Assembly (NCBI RefSeq): GCF_963921235.1
Contig: NC_086097.1
Coordinates: forward strand, 202,494,001-202,558,000
Length of the DNA: 64,000 nt
Direction of reading: 5' to 3'
Source: Mobula hypostoma
Taxonomy: Eukaryota
The position numbers were made by a program, and so were the translations under genes. How positions within the stretch are numbered: position 1 is the first letter of the stretch; every line of letters starts with the position of its first letter. Below, one piece after another: positions 25,623 through 38,362 of the stretch. Below the pieces are notes generated by a model. It did no database searches. It was given only the letters and a program-made list of their open reading frames with translations, and was not told the DNA's origin.

Positions 25623-28237
25623 TGTTTGTGCAGTTTTATTTTGGCCATGATACAGGTCCTCCTCAGCTTTTAGGCAGAATTCTGTTCCTGAGAACTGTTA
25701 AAGATCTGGACTGTTTGTGAGTGGGGAAGCACAGCCGTGAACTCAGTTCCCAGGAGGCAGAAGAGCTGGGAAATCCATTCTGCCATTTTTCAAAATATTA
25801 ATTTGGGCATTCATAACCTGGAGAGGACCACCAATACTTTTAAATGTACTGTCTCAGGAAAATGCATTGATATATTCAGTAAATTAAATTCAGTGAGTTG
25901 ATGAGACACTTGTAGTATCTATGATCTAACAAGGAAGTTATGGTATAGTGAGAGGTTCAGTATAGTGTTCTCTGTAGCAAGAATGTTCCCTGTCCTGTGC
26001 CACAGTTCAGGGCACCTGCTCAAGGCTGGAGAAGAGCATGCAGTGGGAGGGGAAACATCCAGTGATTATAGTGTATGTAAGTACATATAACATAGGCAGT
26101 TGAAAGAGATTCTGCAGAATCAGTATGAGTAACCAAATGCCAAATTAAGGAGCGGAGTCTCAGAGTTAATAATCTCGGTGTTGTTAATTGATCCATGTTA
26201 AAATTGGCAGAGGACAGATAAGATTGAAGAAATGAGTGCAAAGATTGGTGAACAGAAGTGAGTTCTGCTTTTGAGGTGCTGGAACTGCTACTAGTGAAAG
26301 TGGGGATTGCACCATCAAGATGGTCTACACCTGAACCAGCCTAGGTCTGATGTTCTCATGAGGTACCTGACTCGGAAAGCACACTCCAACTGTGATTTTA
26401 ACCTAAATAGTCATAGCGAGATATCTAGGTTGGAAGGAAGTGGTAATTCAAAAAGTTGACTCAAGGTGAGAGAGAAAAGTGCCAACATGAGAAATGATAA
26501 AGTAACTGTGACAGGAAGGAATTGAGAGTACAAATCCAAGAATAAATTAGCAGCTGAAACTAGATGTTACAAGCAAAAAGAAAGGGTAAAATTAAAAGCT
26601 CTGAACCGAAAGTGCAAATAGAATGAATAATTCTGGTGTAATAGCTATTACAGAGGAATAGCTGCAGGATGAATATTGAAGGGTACATGACATTTAAGAA
26701 ATACAGAAAAAGAGGAATGAAGCAGGAACTGCTCTGTTAATTATCATGTCTTCACTCAATGGAGAAGGGTGTCCTATGTTCAGCAATGCAAGAAAAAATA
26801 ATTTGGTTGGAGATTTTTAATAATGAAGGAATTTGTGGAAGATTGTGTGAATGTAACAATGTGGTAGGATAAAATAAGTTTAAAATAAATTTATCATCAA
26901 AGTACATATATATCAGCATATACAACTCTGAGATTAATTTTCGTGTGGCATAGTCAATAAATCCATAATGGCATGCTAGCATAATAACCGGAGTAGAATC
27001 AATGAAAGACCGCAGCAACTTGGATGTCCAACCAGTGGGCAAAAGACAACAAGCTGTGCCAGTACAAAAAGAAATAAGAATAATAATAAGTAAGTATTAA
27101 ATAGTGAGGGTGAGATGAAGAGTCCATGAAAGTGAGTCCATAGGTTGTAGGAACATTTTAGTGGTGAGATGTGAAGTTGAGTGGTTAGCCCCTTTGGTTC
27201 AAGAGCATGACGTTTGAGGAGTAAGACTGTTCCTGAACCTGGTGGTATGAGTCCTGAGGTTCCTGTAATTTACCTATTAATATTACTCTATTAATAACAC
27301 ATATTCTGGATGGGGCTCATTGCAATCAGTAGCCTGAAAAATCTCTTTTGGAGTTGAGCTTTTGAACTTGCTGTACGACCTGGCATTTTTGTGGTGTGAA
27401 CAGAAGTCTGGAAGGTGTAGGGCAATAATGGCATGGCATGTACGGGCCAAACTGAGGCGGCAGGACCCTGGCCTGAGAGCACGAAATGAGCGAATGTATG
27501 GCCTTTGCTGGAATGGACTTGGAGCCGATTTGAAGTGACAGATCTGAGGAGAGGCAGCAGGGTGCAGCCCGAGAGTGAGGAACGAGTTGTTCTTGGATCT
27601 ATTTAACCACCGGACCAGATTGAAAAGGTCAAGATGTCAGGGCTGGAGGTGAGGGATGTGCTGGTGTTTAGCTTGCTGCTCCAGGGAGCTGTGGCCTGAA
27701 CTAATGGGCTCCTGGACCAGCTGCAGTGACGACTGGCTTCATGGCTGTGAACTCACTTTCATGAACTTCAGTTCTGAATGTTATTTGCTTACTTTTTATT
27801 GTTTACATGATTTGTTTTTTTTTGTACATTGTGGGTTTGGTTTTTTTTAATGAGTTCTATTAGGTTTCTTTGTTTTATGGCTGCCCGTAAGGAGATGAGC
27901 CTCAAGGTACACATACTTCAATAGTCAATGTATTTTGAACTTTGAATTGACCTCACAGTAAAGGCTTCAGTAAAGGAGAGAAGGATAGATCAAAGATGAG
28001 GTTTTTGAACAAGTGAAGGTATTTACATGTTTGGAAAGCAGAGATGGTTAAAGAGACTGGCAAATTAAAGTTAGGGTTTGGTCAGCCAAGATATGGTGAA
28101 AAAGCTTTAAGGGTACATGGAATACATACCAAAATAGAAAAATGTTCCAGAGGAAGGACCTCGAACAAATGACTTAAAGGAAAGGAATATAATTATGTAG
28201 AACATTGAACAGTACTACACAGGAACAAGCCATTCTG

Positions 28238-30505
28238 GGGTTCAGGTTACGTCATCGTCCAGAATGGCAGCTTTTCCGGAAAAACGCATATTTTGCCCCG
28301 TTAATCTATCAAATATAAGATCTTTCGAAAATATCTGAATTCATAAGGGGGGCAAGAATGGAGATAAAAAAAGCACCACTGCGGAGCCTATGGAAGAGAG
28401 AAGTGCAGCGCGCGGCTCTCCTGCATGTGCGCGTGGCGGCGAAGCTGACGCGGGGCCTCGTGCAGGCAAAGCAGCAAGTATGATAAGGATTCTGAAGGAG
28501 GTAAGGGAAGTCCAAAAAGATATAAAGCAGCGACTCTATGATACAAAGTCACAGCTCGGCAACGTCAATCAGAAAATAGCGGTGGCAGAGACTCGAATTA
28601 AGAAGGTGGAAGATCGCATGCAAAACGTGGAACAGATACTAAGTAAGACGATATAAATATTAAATCAACAGGAAAGTAAATTGCTTGACCAGGAGGGAAG
28701 ATCGCAATGGAAAAATATCAGGATTTATAATGTTCCCAAAGGAGCGGAGGGATTGTCGATGATGGACTTTGTAGAAAAGCTGCTGCGGGAAGCGCTGGAG
28801 ATTTCCCCGACTATGGAGATTGAAATTGAGAGGGTGCATCGTTCACTCATCCCACGGCCTCCCGGAGACAGAGAAAGTAAACCACGCTCAATAGTACTTA
28901 AATTCCTTCGATTCAAGAGCAAGGTGGAGATTCTACGAAGGGCCTGAGGTAAGAAGAGGGTGTTTTGGAACGGGAAGTTAATGTACTTCAATCATGATTA
29001 CCCCCCGGCGGTCCTACAGAAACGGAAGGAATATTCCGAAGCGAAACGAATATTAAAACAAGAAAAGATTAAATTCCAAACCCTGTACCCTGCTAAACTG
29101 AGGGTATTTTACCAAGAAGGGATACAGCTATATCAGACGATGGAAGAGGCAACTACAGACATGAACAGCAGAGTACCATCCATTAGCGTGGTCAAACCAA
29201 AGGAAAGTCTGGTTGAGCAGTTATCCCGATCTGCTTAGGAAATAGCAAGAGACCGAGAAAGCAGGGACGGGAACAGGACAAGAGAAGGATATTAGGAAGA
29301 GACTGTGAGTTCTCCAAGGGCAGCCCTCACCTCCTCCAGAAGAGCCATAAGGTTTGGCTCACTTTAAAAGTGCTAAGAAACAAAACGGAAGCAAAAATAG
29401 ACGGTGATATACCTATCTCGAGAAATACGTATTATTATGTGGATTTTATATTACTCAATTTTTTAAAATTCATTCTTTCATTCCTTTTTACCCACCTAAA
29501 TGAGAATATATACATGGGAGGAATACACAGGGAAATCACTTCTGTGCAATGGACATAGATTTTTTTACTTACTTTTATAGATACTGCAGCGGGGGCCCTC
29601 AACTCACAGGTAGGAGGGGCTATCCCCCATGGCTAGACATTTCTTCTGGCTCAACCCAGGGTCATCTAGAGACCCCAGCCTTGGAATCACACCTTTGTTA
29701 CCTTTTTTTATTATTCACATTTCTTGGCTCTTATTTGTTCAGGGAGTAGATTGATTATATTCTGCAAATTTCAATGATATACTAACAAATAAATACACAT
29801 GGCTAAGGACAAAGTAAAATTCATTTCTTTTAATGTCAATGGGCTGTTGAATCCAGTCAAGCGCAGTAAAATTCTATCAAAAATGAAATTGTGGAAATCA
29901 AAATGCCAACAATTATCATATTTTCGGGAATGCCCCGTTATCAAAGACTATTGGAGTGGGATACATAATGCTCTACAAGACACCTTTAAATGTGAAATAC
30001 CCTTGGAGAGGAAAACCATATATTTTGGGTATATACCTCAAGAATGTTTGAAAAGAGATAAATATTTAATGAATGTACTGCTGGTGGCTGGTAAAAAGAC
30101 CCTTACCAGGAAATAGTTATCACAGGAGAGCCCAACTTTAAATGTATGGATGGAAATTACAATGGACATTTACAAAATGGAGAAGATAACAACATCTATT
30201 AATCATAAGTTGGAACAATTTTATTCATACTGGAAAAAATGGATTAACTACATAAAACCTCATAGACCTGATTTTATTCTCACAAGTCAATGAATATGTT
30301 GCAAAAAAAATCACTCCCTACTCTGTACATAGTTTTCTTCTTTTGATTGTTCTTTCTTTCCTTTCTATAAGTGTATACCTCAGATAAATATTATGTGATT
30401 TGAGACAAATATGATATATATATATATATATATGTACAGTATCTGAAATACATCTTGTGGAAATGTTTGATGATGAAATTCAATAAAAAATAAATTACAA
30501 AACAA
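28238..30505 (+). mobile_element. L1-clade LINE with intact ends and most of ORF2 deleted
   Basis: 17-bp TSD AGGAA(C/T)AAGCCATTCTG at 28221-28237 and 30506-30522; CpG-rich 5' end; L1-type ORF1; ORF2 N-terminus joined to C-terminus; AATAAA at 30482 and A-rich tail. Confidence 0.92.
28390..29238 (+). pseudogene. L1-type ORF1 (coiled coil, RRM, CTD) with in-frame stops
   Basis: Three same-frame ORF pieces containing EGRSQWKNIRIYNVPKG, IERVHRS, PRSIVLKF, YFNHDYP and YPAKLRV. Confidence 0.85.
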
Positions 30506-30899
30506 AGGAATAAGCCATTCTGCCCATCATGCCTGCGCCAACCATGATATGAATCTAAACTAAGCCCATCTGCCTGCACATGGTCCATATTCCTCCATAC
30601 CTTGTGTATGTGTCTAAATAACTCTTAAATGTCATTGTGGTATCTGCTTCTCACACCTCCCCGTTTCAGGCACTTAACATTTTCTGAAACAGAATCAGAT
30701 TATTGCCGTTGACATTTCACATGAAATGTTGTTTTGCAGTAACAGTACAGTCTAGACTTAACATCTATAAGTTACAAAAATAAATAGTTCAAGAGGAAGG
30801 AATAACGCGGAAGTGTTCATGGACTGTTCAGAAATCTGATGGCAGAGTGGAAGAATTGTACTTTGTGTGGAGATCTTGCCTCTGACATACCCCCTCCCC

Positions 30900-33530
30900 A
30901 TATGCTCCTCCAACCACCTGAAAATTATGCCCTCTTGTATTAGCCATTTCCAATCTGGGAAAAAGGCGCTGGCTGTCCATTTTTTCTAAGCCTTTTATTT
31001 ATGTTGATCCTCTTTAACACAGTTGTCAGTATAGAGAATTCAAGAAATTGAAAGAGAGGGAAGAATTCGTGGAAATTATAATTATGAAGTGGTAGGACAA
31101 GTCCCTGGGCTCTGATGCCTAGGTTTGAAAAAGGGACTAGCTTTGGCTTTCATTTTACAAAACTCCAAAGAATCTGTGAAGACTCCATTCAACTGGGAAA
31201 CAGAGAAAACAATTATTTTGTTCAGAAAAGGGTGGGAGATGTTTCCGAGGAAATATGTTTGAGAAACATATGCTCTGAATAAAGAGACCCCAGTGCATGA
31301 ATAACACTTCCTAAAGGTGTTTGATAATGCTGCAGTAAATGTTATTGTGCAAAATAAAAGATCACAGTGTAGGTCGTAAACATATTGACTTGGGTGGTAG
31401 GCAGGCTGACTGACAGGAATATAAATAGGTCTTCGTTATGTTTCAAAGAATCATAGTTATACAACAGAAAATAGTCTTCCTCTCTTCCTTCCTCCTTTCC
31501 CTTTCATGGTCTTTCCCTCCAGTGCTCTCCCCCCTTCCTCTCCTTTCCCATTTCTCCATTTCTCTTCCCCATCCCCTTTTGTCTCCTTCACCTTCTCTCC
31601 CCCTTTTCCCTCTCCCCCTTTCTCTCTATCTCTATCACACCCTCTCTTGTTCCATCCACTTTTGTCTCCCCCTCCCCACTCCTATCTTAATCTGCCTGCC
31701 ATCCTTCACCCCTCCTCAGTCCACCAATCACCTTTGGCTCCCTTTTCACCAATTCCCCGCTCCTCTTTATACAGGCTATCTTTTGTCTCCAATCTCAGTC
31801 CTGATGCAGGATTTCAATCAGAAATGTTGACAGTTTCTGCTAATGTATCTGCTGAGTTCCTCCTGCAGGTTGTTATGAGTTAAGTAGATGGATGAAGATC
31901 TGACAAATGAAGTATGATGTGGGAAATGTGAAATGGTCCAGTTTGGCAGGAAAAATATGGAATGATTATCTGAACGTGGAGAGAATGTAGACCGTCAAGA
32001 CACTCGGATCTGATTCTCCTTGCACATTATTTGGAAATGTAGATATAGCATGTAATCAGTAAAGCTTACAGAACTGATTACTAAGGGAATTGAATACAAA
32101 GTAAGAGGTTATCTTCAGCTGTGCAGGGAACTGGTGAGATCACGTCTGGAGTCAACTGCACAGTTTTGTTCAATTTATTTAAGGCTGTAAATGCATTTGC
32201 AAGCAGTTCAGAGAAGGTTTACTACACTGAAACCTAGAATGAATGACTATGGAGAAAAGGTACAGGTGAAGCTTGTATTCACTGAAGCTTATGTAGCCCC
32301 CCTGGCCAGCCTCAGGGTCGCTCAACTTGCTGTCATCTAGGGAAATAGCCCGCGGCCCCGCTAAACTGGGTAATTAAGTTTGTGTGGATGCTGTGTGATG
32401 TACCCCACCCGCCAAATAACAGACAATACACTATACACAATTAAATGAATTTGAATTTATAGATATTACTGGAACTATATAATTAATAGAGAAAATATAA
32501 AAGGAAAATAAAAGGCGCCACACTTATCAAAGTTCAATCTCTTCATGCACAAACCGTTGGAGCTCTAGTAACGATCCTCCCTTCACCGTTCAATCCCCTC
32601 TGACCACCTCAACCTGCCGCCTGGGACCAACTACGGTGGTCAACCAGACGCTCCACATGAGTCTGTCTCTGTCTCCTCTCCTCGCCGAAAACCCAGGACC
32701 TCGGACTCCTGCTCCGGGTTCGACCCCGTTAGCCGGCTCACAGTGCCTGGTTCATTCATTCTCCCTCCGCCTCCTCTGCCGCCTCATCATCATCAATGTC
32801 ATCGTCATCATCATCATTACTTACAGACACACTAGAAAGAATAACATCCCAGAGAGGTGTGGAAGTGTGGAACGCGCTGCCTGAGAAGGCAGTGGAGGCC
32901 AATTCTCTGGATGCTTTCAAGAAGGAGCTAGATAGGTATCTTGTGGATAGGGGAATCAAGGGTTATGGGGACAAGGTAGGAACCGGGTATTGATAGTGGA
33001 TGATCAGCCATGATCTCAGAATGGCGGTGCAGGCTCGAAGGGCTGAATGGTCTACTTCTGCACCTATTGTCTATTGTCTATCTATCCCAATTGGTTCGTT
33101 TGCTGTATTATCAATAATATAACCCAGACAAGCTGCTAACGAGAGAACTTTCTCAGCATTTAACATAACAAAGAAGCCATTTTAATTAGCCTACACAGTA
33201 ACATAAAAGAAGAAGCCCCTTACACTTAGAAAACTGAAAGGGGACTTGATTGGAAATTCTGTAGGCTGGATATAGTGACAAAGTTTCTTTTGTGGGAGAA
33301 TCTAGAGTTTGAAAAGAGCTGCAACAAAAACCTTTTCCTTTCAGAAGATCATATGTCTTTGGAACAATATTCTTCAGCCGCCTCAAATATTTTTAAAGCA
33401 GAAATAGACAGGTTCTTGCAAAGTAACAAGGTGAAAGGGGGTATGTACAAATGTGGATTTGAGCTTATTATCTGGCCAGCTATGATCTTAATAGATGACA
33501 AAGCAAGCTCAAGGGTACAAGTGACCTACG
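30900..33530 (+). mobile_element. Highly degenerate CR1 fragments hosting nested insertions
   Basis: QLCRELVRSRLE and AVQRRFT-like text before 32290, resuming after 33228. Confidence 0.6.
32292..33224. mobile_element. Solo LTR (Gypsy-like) containing a nested CR1 3' tail at about 32852-33083
   Basis: TGTA...TACA termini; 4-bp TSD CTTA (32288-91, 33225-28); inner CR1 text VWNALPEKAVEA flanked by an ATCCCA duplication. Confidence 0.85.
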
Positions 33531-35939
33531 TAAGTATGCTTCTAATTGGAACGTCTGCATCTTTCCTGTTCAAGCACTGGTACCAGTGCTTCAAGATTCT
33601 AAGATCTCTCCTTTCTCAGAAGCTATTTATTTTCAAATCTAAAAGTAAATAACAACTATTGAGAGCAAAACAAATGCCCGTGAACCATAATCAGAGAAAG
33701 ATTCAATGCCCCGAAGAGGGAACAAAAATGGAACAAGTTACTGAGAGTATGAAGAAGAAGCTCTTTGCTTTTACTAATCAATTATTAAGTCATTGAGACA
33801 TACAAGGCCCTCTGACTTCTGATTTTTGCTGAGTTCTCAGCCAAACTGGTAGAACGTTTTTTTTTTAAGTACTGGGAAAGAAGGTAAGGGAAAATGTCTA
33901 TTTGAAACCTCTATCTAGTGACTCAGTGAGCTGAATGCTTTCCTTTGTAATAATTCTATGGCTCATCTTGAAAATGCACAGACAGAGCATCTTGTTTTCT
34001 TTTACCCAGGATATGTGAAACATGCAGGTATAATGCTACAGGAAAATTACAAGGGAGGAGTCCTTGCCCCCAACATAAAGCACTGCAATTTCTGTCTTTT
34101 CATTAAAGTGGATGGAAAATTATACTGGAACCCTTATTGCACATCTATTTGCTAGATATTTCAACTGATGTCTTGTTTAGATTCTGCATCATCGCTGAAA
34201 CTAAGAATAAGGATATTTATTCAAGCTTATATTGCCGTGTATGAGTCTTGCATTCACTGTTGACAATTTAGTAGTGGCTATACTTTTGGACGTAATTTTC
34301 TTCACGTTAGAGCATCCCAAGGATGTAAAGATTCTTACAGAAATTATCTTCAAATAATGGGCATGCAAATGAAAGATACCATTTGTAACTAAAAATATAT
34401 GGATTACTATATACTTGAGAGGAAACAGTTTAAAATCCACTACTACCTTGCCTGCCCTTATGAATCATTGTAACCTTGACTAGCAGCCAGAGTCCATAAG
34501 CAGAACAGTAAACTGCTTCAGGACTCACACAGCAAACGCTATTTCCTACACTTGCAGTGTAGGAAGAGCATCAAGTAAGAAAAATGAAAGCTGAAAAATA
34601 GCTGGGATACACGATAATGACACATCGGCTTACTTGTTATTTTGAATAATTAAGATTAATTGTATTCATAAATTGATATCTCTGTATGATTTCTAAAGTA
34701 ACTCAAATGCTTGAATTATTCAGTATCACCATATGTAATGATTTGATGTAAGTACCACTGAAGCAGATCACTATACTCTCGAGCACCAGTACATTAGAAA
34801 CCTTTTTGGAAATGGGAATAAACTTTTAAATAATTATTATTTTTGCTAGTCAGTGCATGTGCGGGAAAATTTGCTGTTTTTCTTTTCCTCTTTGGAAGAA
34901 AATAAAATCTCAAGACATTTAATTTATTGACATATTTATTATCCAGAAAAATTTTTGTCCAAGTGCATTCTCTTGGTAGCACTGATGTAAAATATCATGA
35001 TATATATCTGAACTAGGTGCAAGTTCAGTGTTCAGGTGCTGTAGAGTTGCTTAAATTCCTTACAGCAAAAAGTATATTTAATTTGGGTATACATACATTT
35101 CAGTAGGTTTGTTTCTTTGTCCTTTATTCAAGTTGAATGGTAATACAGTGGAAAGAAGTAAAACTGAATCAATTTTCGAACACATTTATAATGAATTACA
35201 TCTTTCATGAATGGAGTAGCTTCTTTGAGCTATATCTAAAAATAACTCGAGTAGTACTTTTCATGTTTTTAGTGGCTATAAATAAGAATTCAATGTTCCT
35301 GTAATGCTTCGTCTCATCTTTGAGTAAACAAAACAGTGTGAAAACTGATAATCATGTACTGAGCATGATGAATAAGAGTTATTCATGTAGAAAATTCTCC
35401 ATGGATTTGTAGATCAAAGCAAAACATTGAGTTTTACAGATCTAGAAGATTACAAAATGAATTGCTATCTTGAGGGAATTAATTGCTACTATGAGAGAAG
35501 CGGTGGTGTCCAAATCTCACAGTTTGGAAGGGTACTTCATCTGCTTCTCAAATTATGCCACTCAGCCCATCAAGTCCGCTCCAACATTCAATCATGGCTG
35601 ATTTATTTTCCCTCTCAACGCTATTCTCCTGCCTCCTTCCTGTGAGCTTTGATGTCCTTACTAGTGAAGAATCTATCAACATCCACTTTAAATGTACCCA
35701 ATGACTTGGCCTCAGCCATCTCTGGCAATGAATTCCACAGATTTACCACCTTCTTGCTAAAGAAATTCCACTGTTCTAAAGGATGTCCTTCTATTCTGAA
35801 ACTGTTCGCTGATTCTCGACTTTCTCACTTTTGGAAGTATCTTCTGCATGTCTGCTGTCTATGGTCTTTTCGTTATTTGGTAGGTGTGGAAGGGACCCAT
35901 TTAACTATTGCTTATCTTGTTCTCTGGGAAAGCAAACAA

Positions 35940-37598
35940 GGGACACTCTTACAGAGTATAATGATGGCCCTGTAATTTCAGACTCTTGAGGCCAAGATCC
36001 AAGCATCTTTCAAGAGGGTGAATCCACGAAAAAGTCTCTGGCCAGTTGGTATACTTGGCAAAGTAATGAAGATCTGTACAGACCAACTCTCTGGAGTATT
36101 TAAGGACATCAACCTTTCACTTCTGCAATCTGATATTGCTTCAAAAAGGGACCGATTGTACTGATGCTCAAGAAGAGTGTACTGACATGCTTCAGTGACT
36201 ACTGTCCAGTGGCATTTACATCAACTGTAATGAAATACCTTCAGAGGTTGGTTATAGTGTGAATCAACTCTTACTTCAGAAATTGTCTAGATCTGCTCCA
36301 ATTCACCAATTGCCACCACGGTTAAATAGCAAATGTGACTTCTCTGGCTCTTCATTCTGCTCTGAACCATCTGGACAATAGGAATTCCAAAGACAGGCTG
36401 CTGTTCATTGACTACAGCTCAATGTTCAACACAATTATCACATCCCAACTCATCATCAGGCTTCAAAACCTGGGCTTCTGTAACTCCCCCTGCAACTAGT
36501 TACTCGACTACCTCATCGGCTGACCTTAGTTACTCGCTGACCATCAACACAGGTGCATGTCAAGGTTGGGTGCTTAGACCCCAGCTCCACTTATATTCAC
36601 GTGACTATGTGACTAAGCACAGACCCAATGACAGCTTCAAATTCGCTGAAAACACTACTGTTGCTAGACAAGTCACAGATGGCGATGAGTCAGCTAACTG
36701 CAGTGAGCAGAGTTAGTCACCTGGTTGTATGGTGCCCTCTCACTTAATGTCAGCAAAACAAAAGAGCACAAACCCAAGAAAATCTGCAGATGCTGGAAAT
36801 CCAAAGCACGCAAAATGCTGGAGGAACTCAGCAGGCCAGGCAGCATCTATAGAAAAGAGCCAACAGTCGCCATTTCAGGACAAGACCCTTCGTCAGGGCC
36901 ATCAGAACAAAAGAACAGATTGGAGACTTCAGGAAGGAGAAAAAGGAAAATATGTGCCAGTCTAATTGTGAAGAGAATCGGAAACTTTAAATTCCTGGGT
37001 GCTAACATATTGCATGTCCTGTCCTGTGCCCAGCACATTGATGTGATCATAAAGAGAGCATGCCTGTGTCTACTTTCTTAAGAGGTTGAGGAGGTTTGCC
37101 TTATTTTCAAGCACTCTAACGAACTTCTACAAATCTGTCAGAAGTATCTTGACTGGTTGCACCATGGTCTGGTATGGCAATTCAAATGCACAAGAATATA
37201 AGCAGCTGTAGGGAATATAGTCTCTGCAATATATCATGAGCGCATCCCTCCACACCACTGGTAGTATCTATAGGAGGCACTGCCTCTTGAAAGGCCAGTC
37301 CTATCAACAATAATTCCCACCATCTGGGCTATGCCATGTTTTCAGAATTTCCATTCGGCAGGAGGTACAGGAGTCTGAAGTCCCATACCACCAGGTTTAA
37401 GAACAGTGACACCCCTCTAGCCATTCAATTCTTGAAACCACCAGCAAAACCCTAACCACTACAGTTTAGCAACACAATGACTACTTGTCAACTTTGCACA
37501 AAATAGACTTTAACTTTTTTTGTTCAAATTGTTTTTCTTGTAAAAATTGTATATAATTTGTTTAATTTATTTTTCAAGTAGGATTTTGATTGCCATGT

Positions 37599-37641
<43 letters not shown>

Positions 37642-37690
37642 CATACACATATATCATGCATGTGACAATAACCTGGAATTTGAATTTAAA
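35940..37690 (+). mobile_element. Degenerate Rex1/Babar-like LINE RT, with a Penelope-derived insert at about 36770-36900
   Basis: LFIDYSSMFN, NTGACQGWVL, KFAENTT, FKFLG motifs; PLE-type arm on the minus strand. Confidence 0.8.
37596..37640. repeat. (GT)n microsatellite
   Basis: About 20 GT units with one interruption. Confidence 0.95.
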
Positions 37691-38193
37691 CCCCAGTGAT
37701 GTACAGAGTGGTTTTCTAGTCATGAAAGGAACTCATTTTACTGTTGCTTAACCTGTGTCCTGAGAAAACAAACAAGGGGCGGTCATACATGGTTTTGAGT
37801 ATAACTTTGCTTTTGCATAATTTAGTCAAAGACACATTGAGCAATTTATAAATGAAAGTAGAAAGGCAGTTCATAAGGAATCAGACTTTTGCTTGTAGGT
37901 TGCAGCAATGCCAGTTGCTTGTGAAACTTGAAAGAAAGTCAATGTTTTATTGTTGATTCACGTTGTAGCACTGAGCCTTCAACCAAGATTAATTTTGCTT
38001 TATATATTGTGATGATACAAAACTTATACCTGTATTAACAAATGGTGCAGCTTTCATTCTCCCAAGTTATGTGAGGTGTGACTTTTCATTTGCTTTATAC
38101 GTGTAGCTCATCTCATACCTTCACATTTTTGAACACAGCAGGTCTAAGCTGTTTGTGTTACTATTAATGAATGTTTTGCTTTCAATTCAGCAG

Positions 38194-38362
38194 AGGCTGG
38201 CAGTGAAACAGAGAGCAACGTGGACTCTGATTTTAGTCGTACTCATTTAGATGACATTGTTCCTTCACCAACTTCTGAGAAGGCCTTTCTTGCTCAGATC
38301 AATGCCAGAAATCCCAGCTATATCAACAGTGCTGCTGCAACAGGAACAATTCGAAGTGATAT
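38194..38362 (+). CDS. DTNA: alpha-dystrobrevin-1 C-terminal extension exon
   Basis: cagcag/gtaagc, 169 nt; EAGSETESNVDSDFSRTHLDDIVPSPTSEKAFLAQINARNPSYINSAAATGTIRSD. Confidence 0.96.

Noticed and set aside
31438..31883. Overlapping 130-aa and 125-aa Pro/Ser/Leu-rich ORFs
   Set aside because: Translation of a polypyrimidine tract from a Penelope-type 3' region
34538..34569. Hairpin TTCCTACACT-TGC-AGTGTAGGAA containing CAGTGT, considered as an IRE or miRNA
   Set aside because: CAGTGT lies mostly in the stem, not the apical loop; too short for a pre-miRNA; intronic
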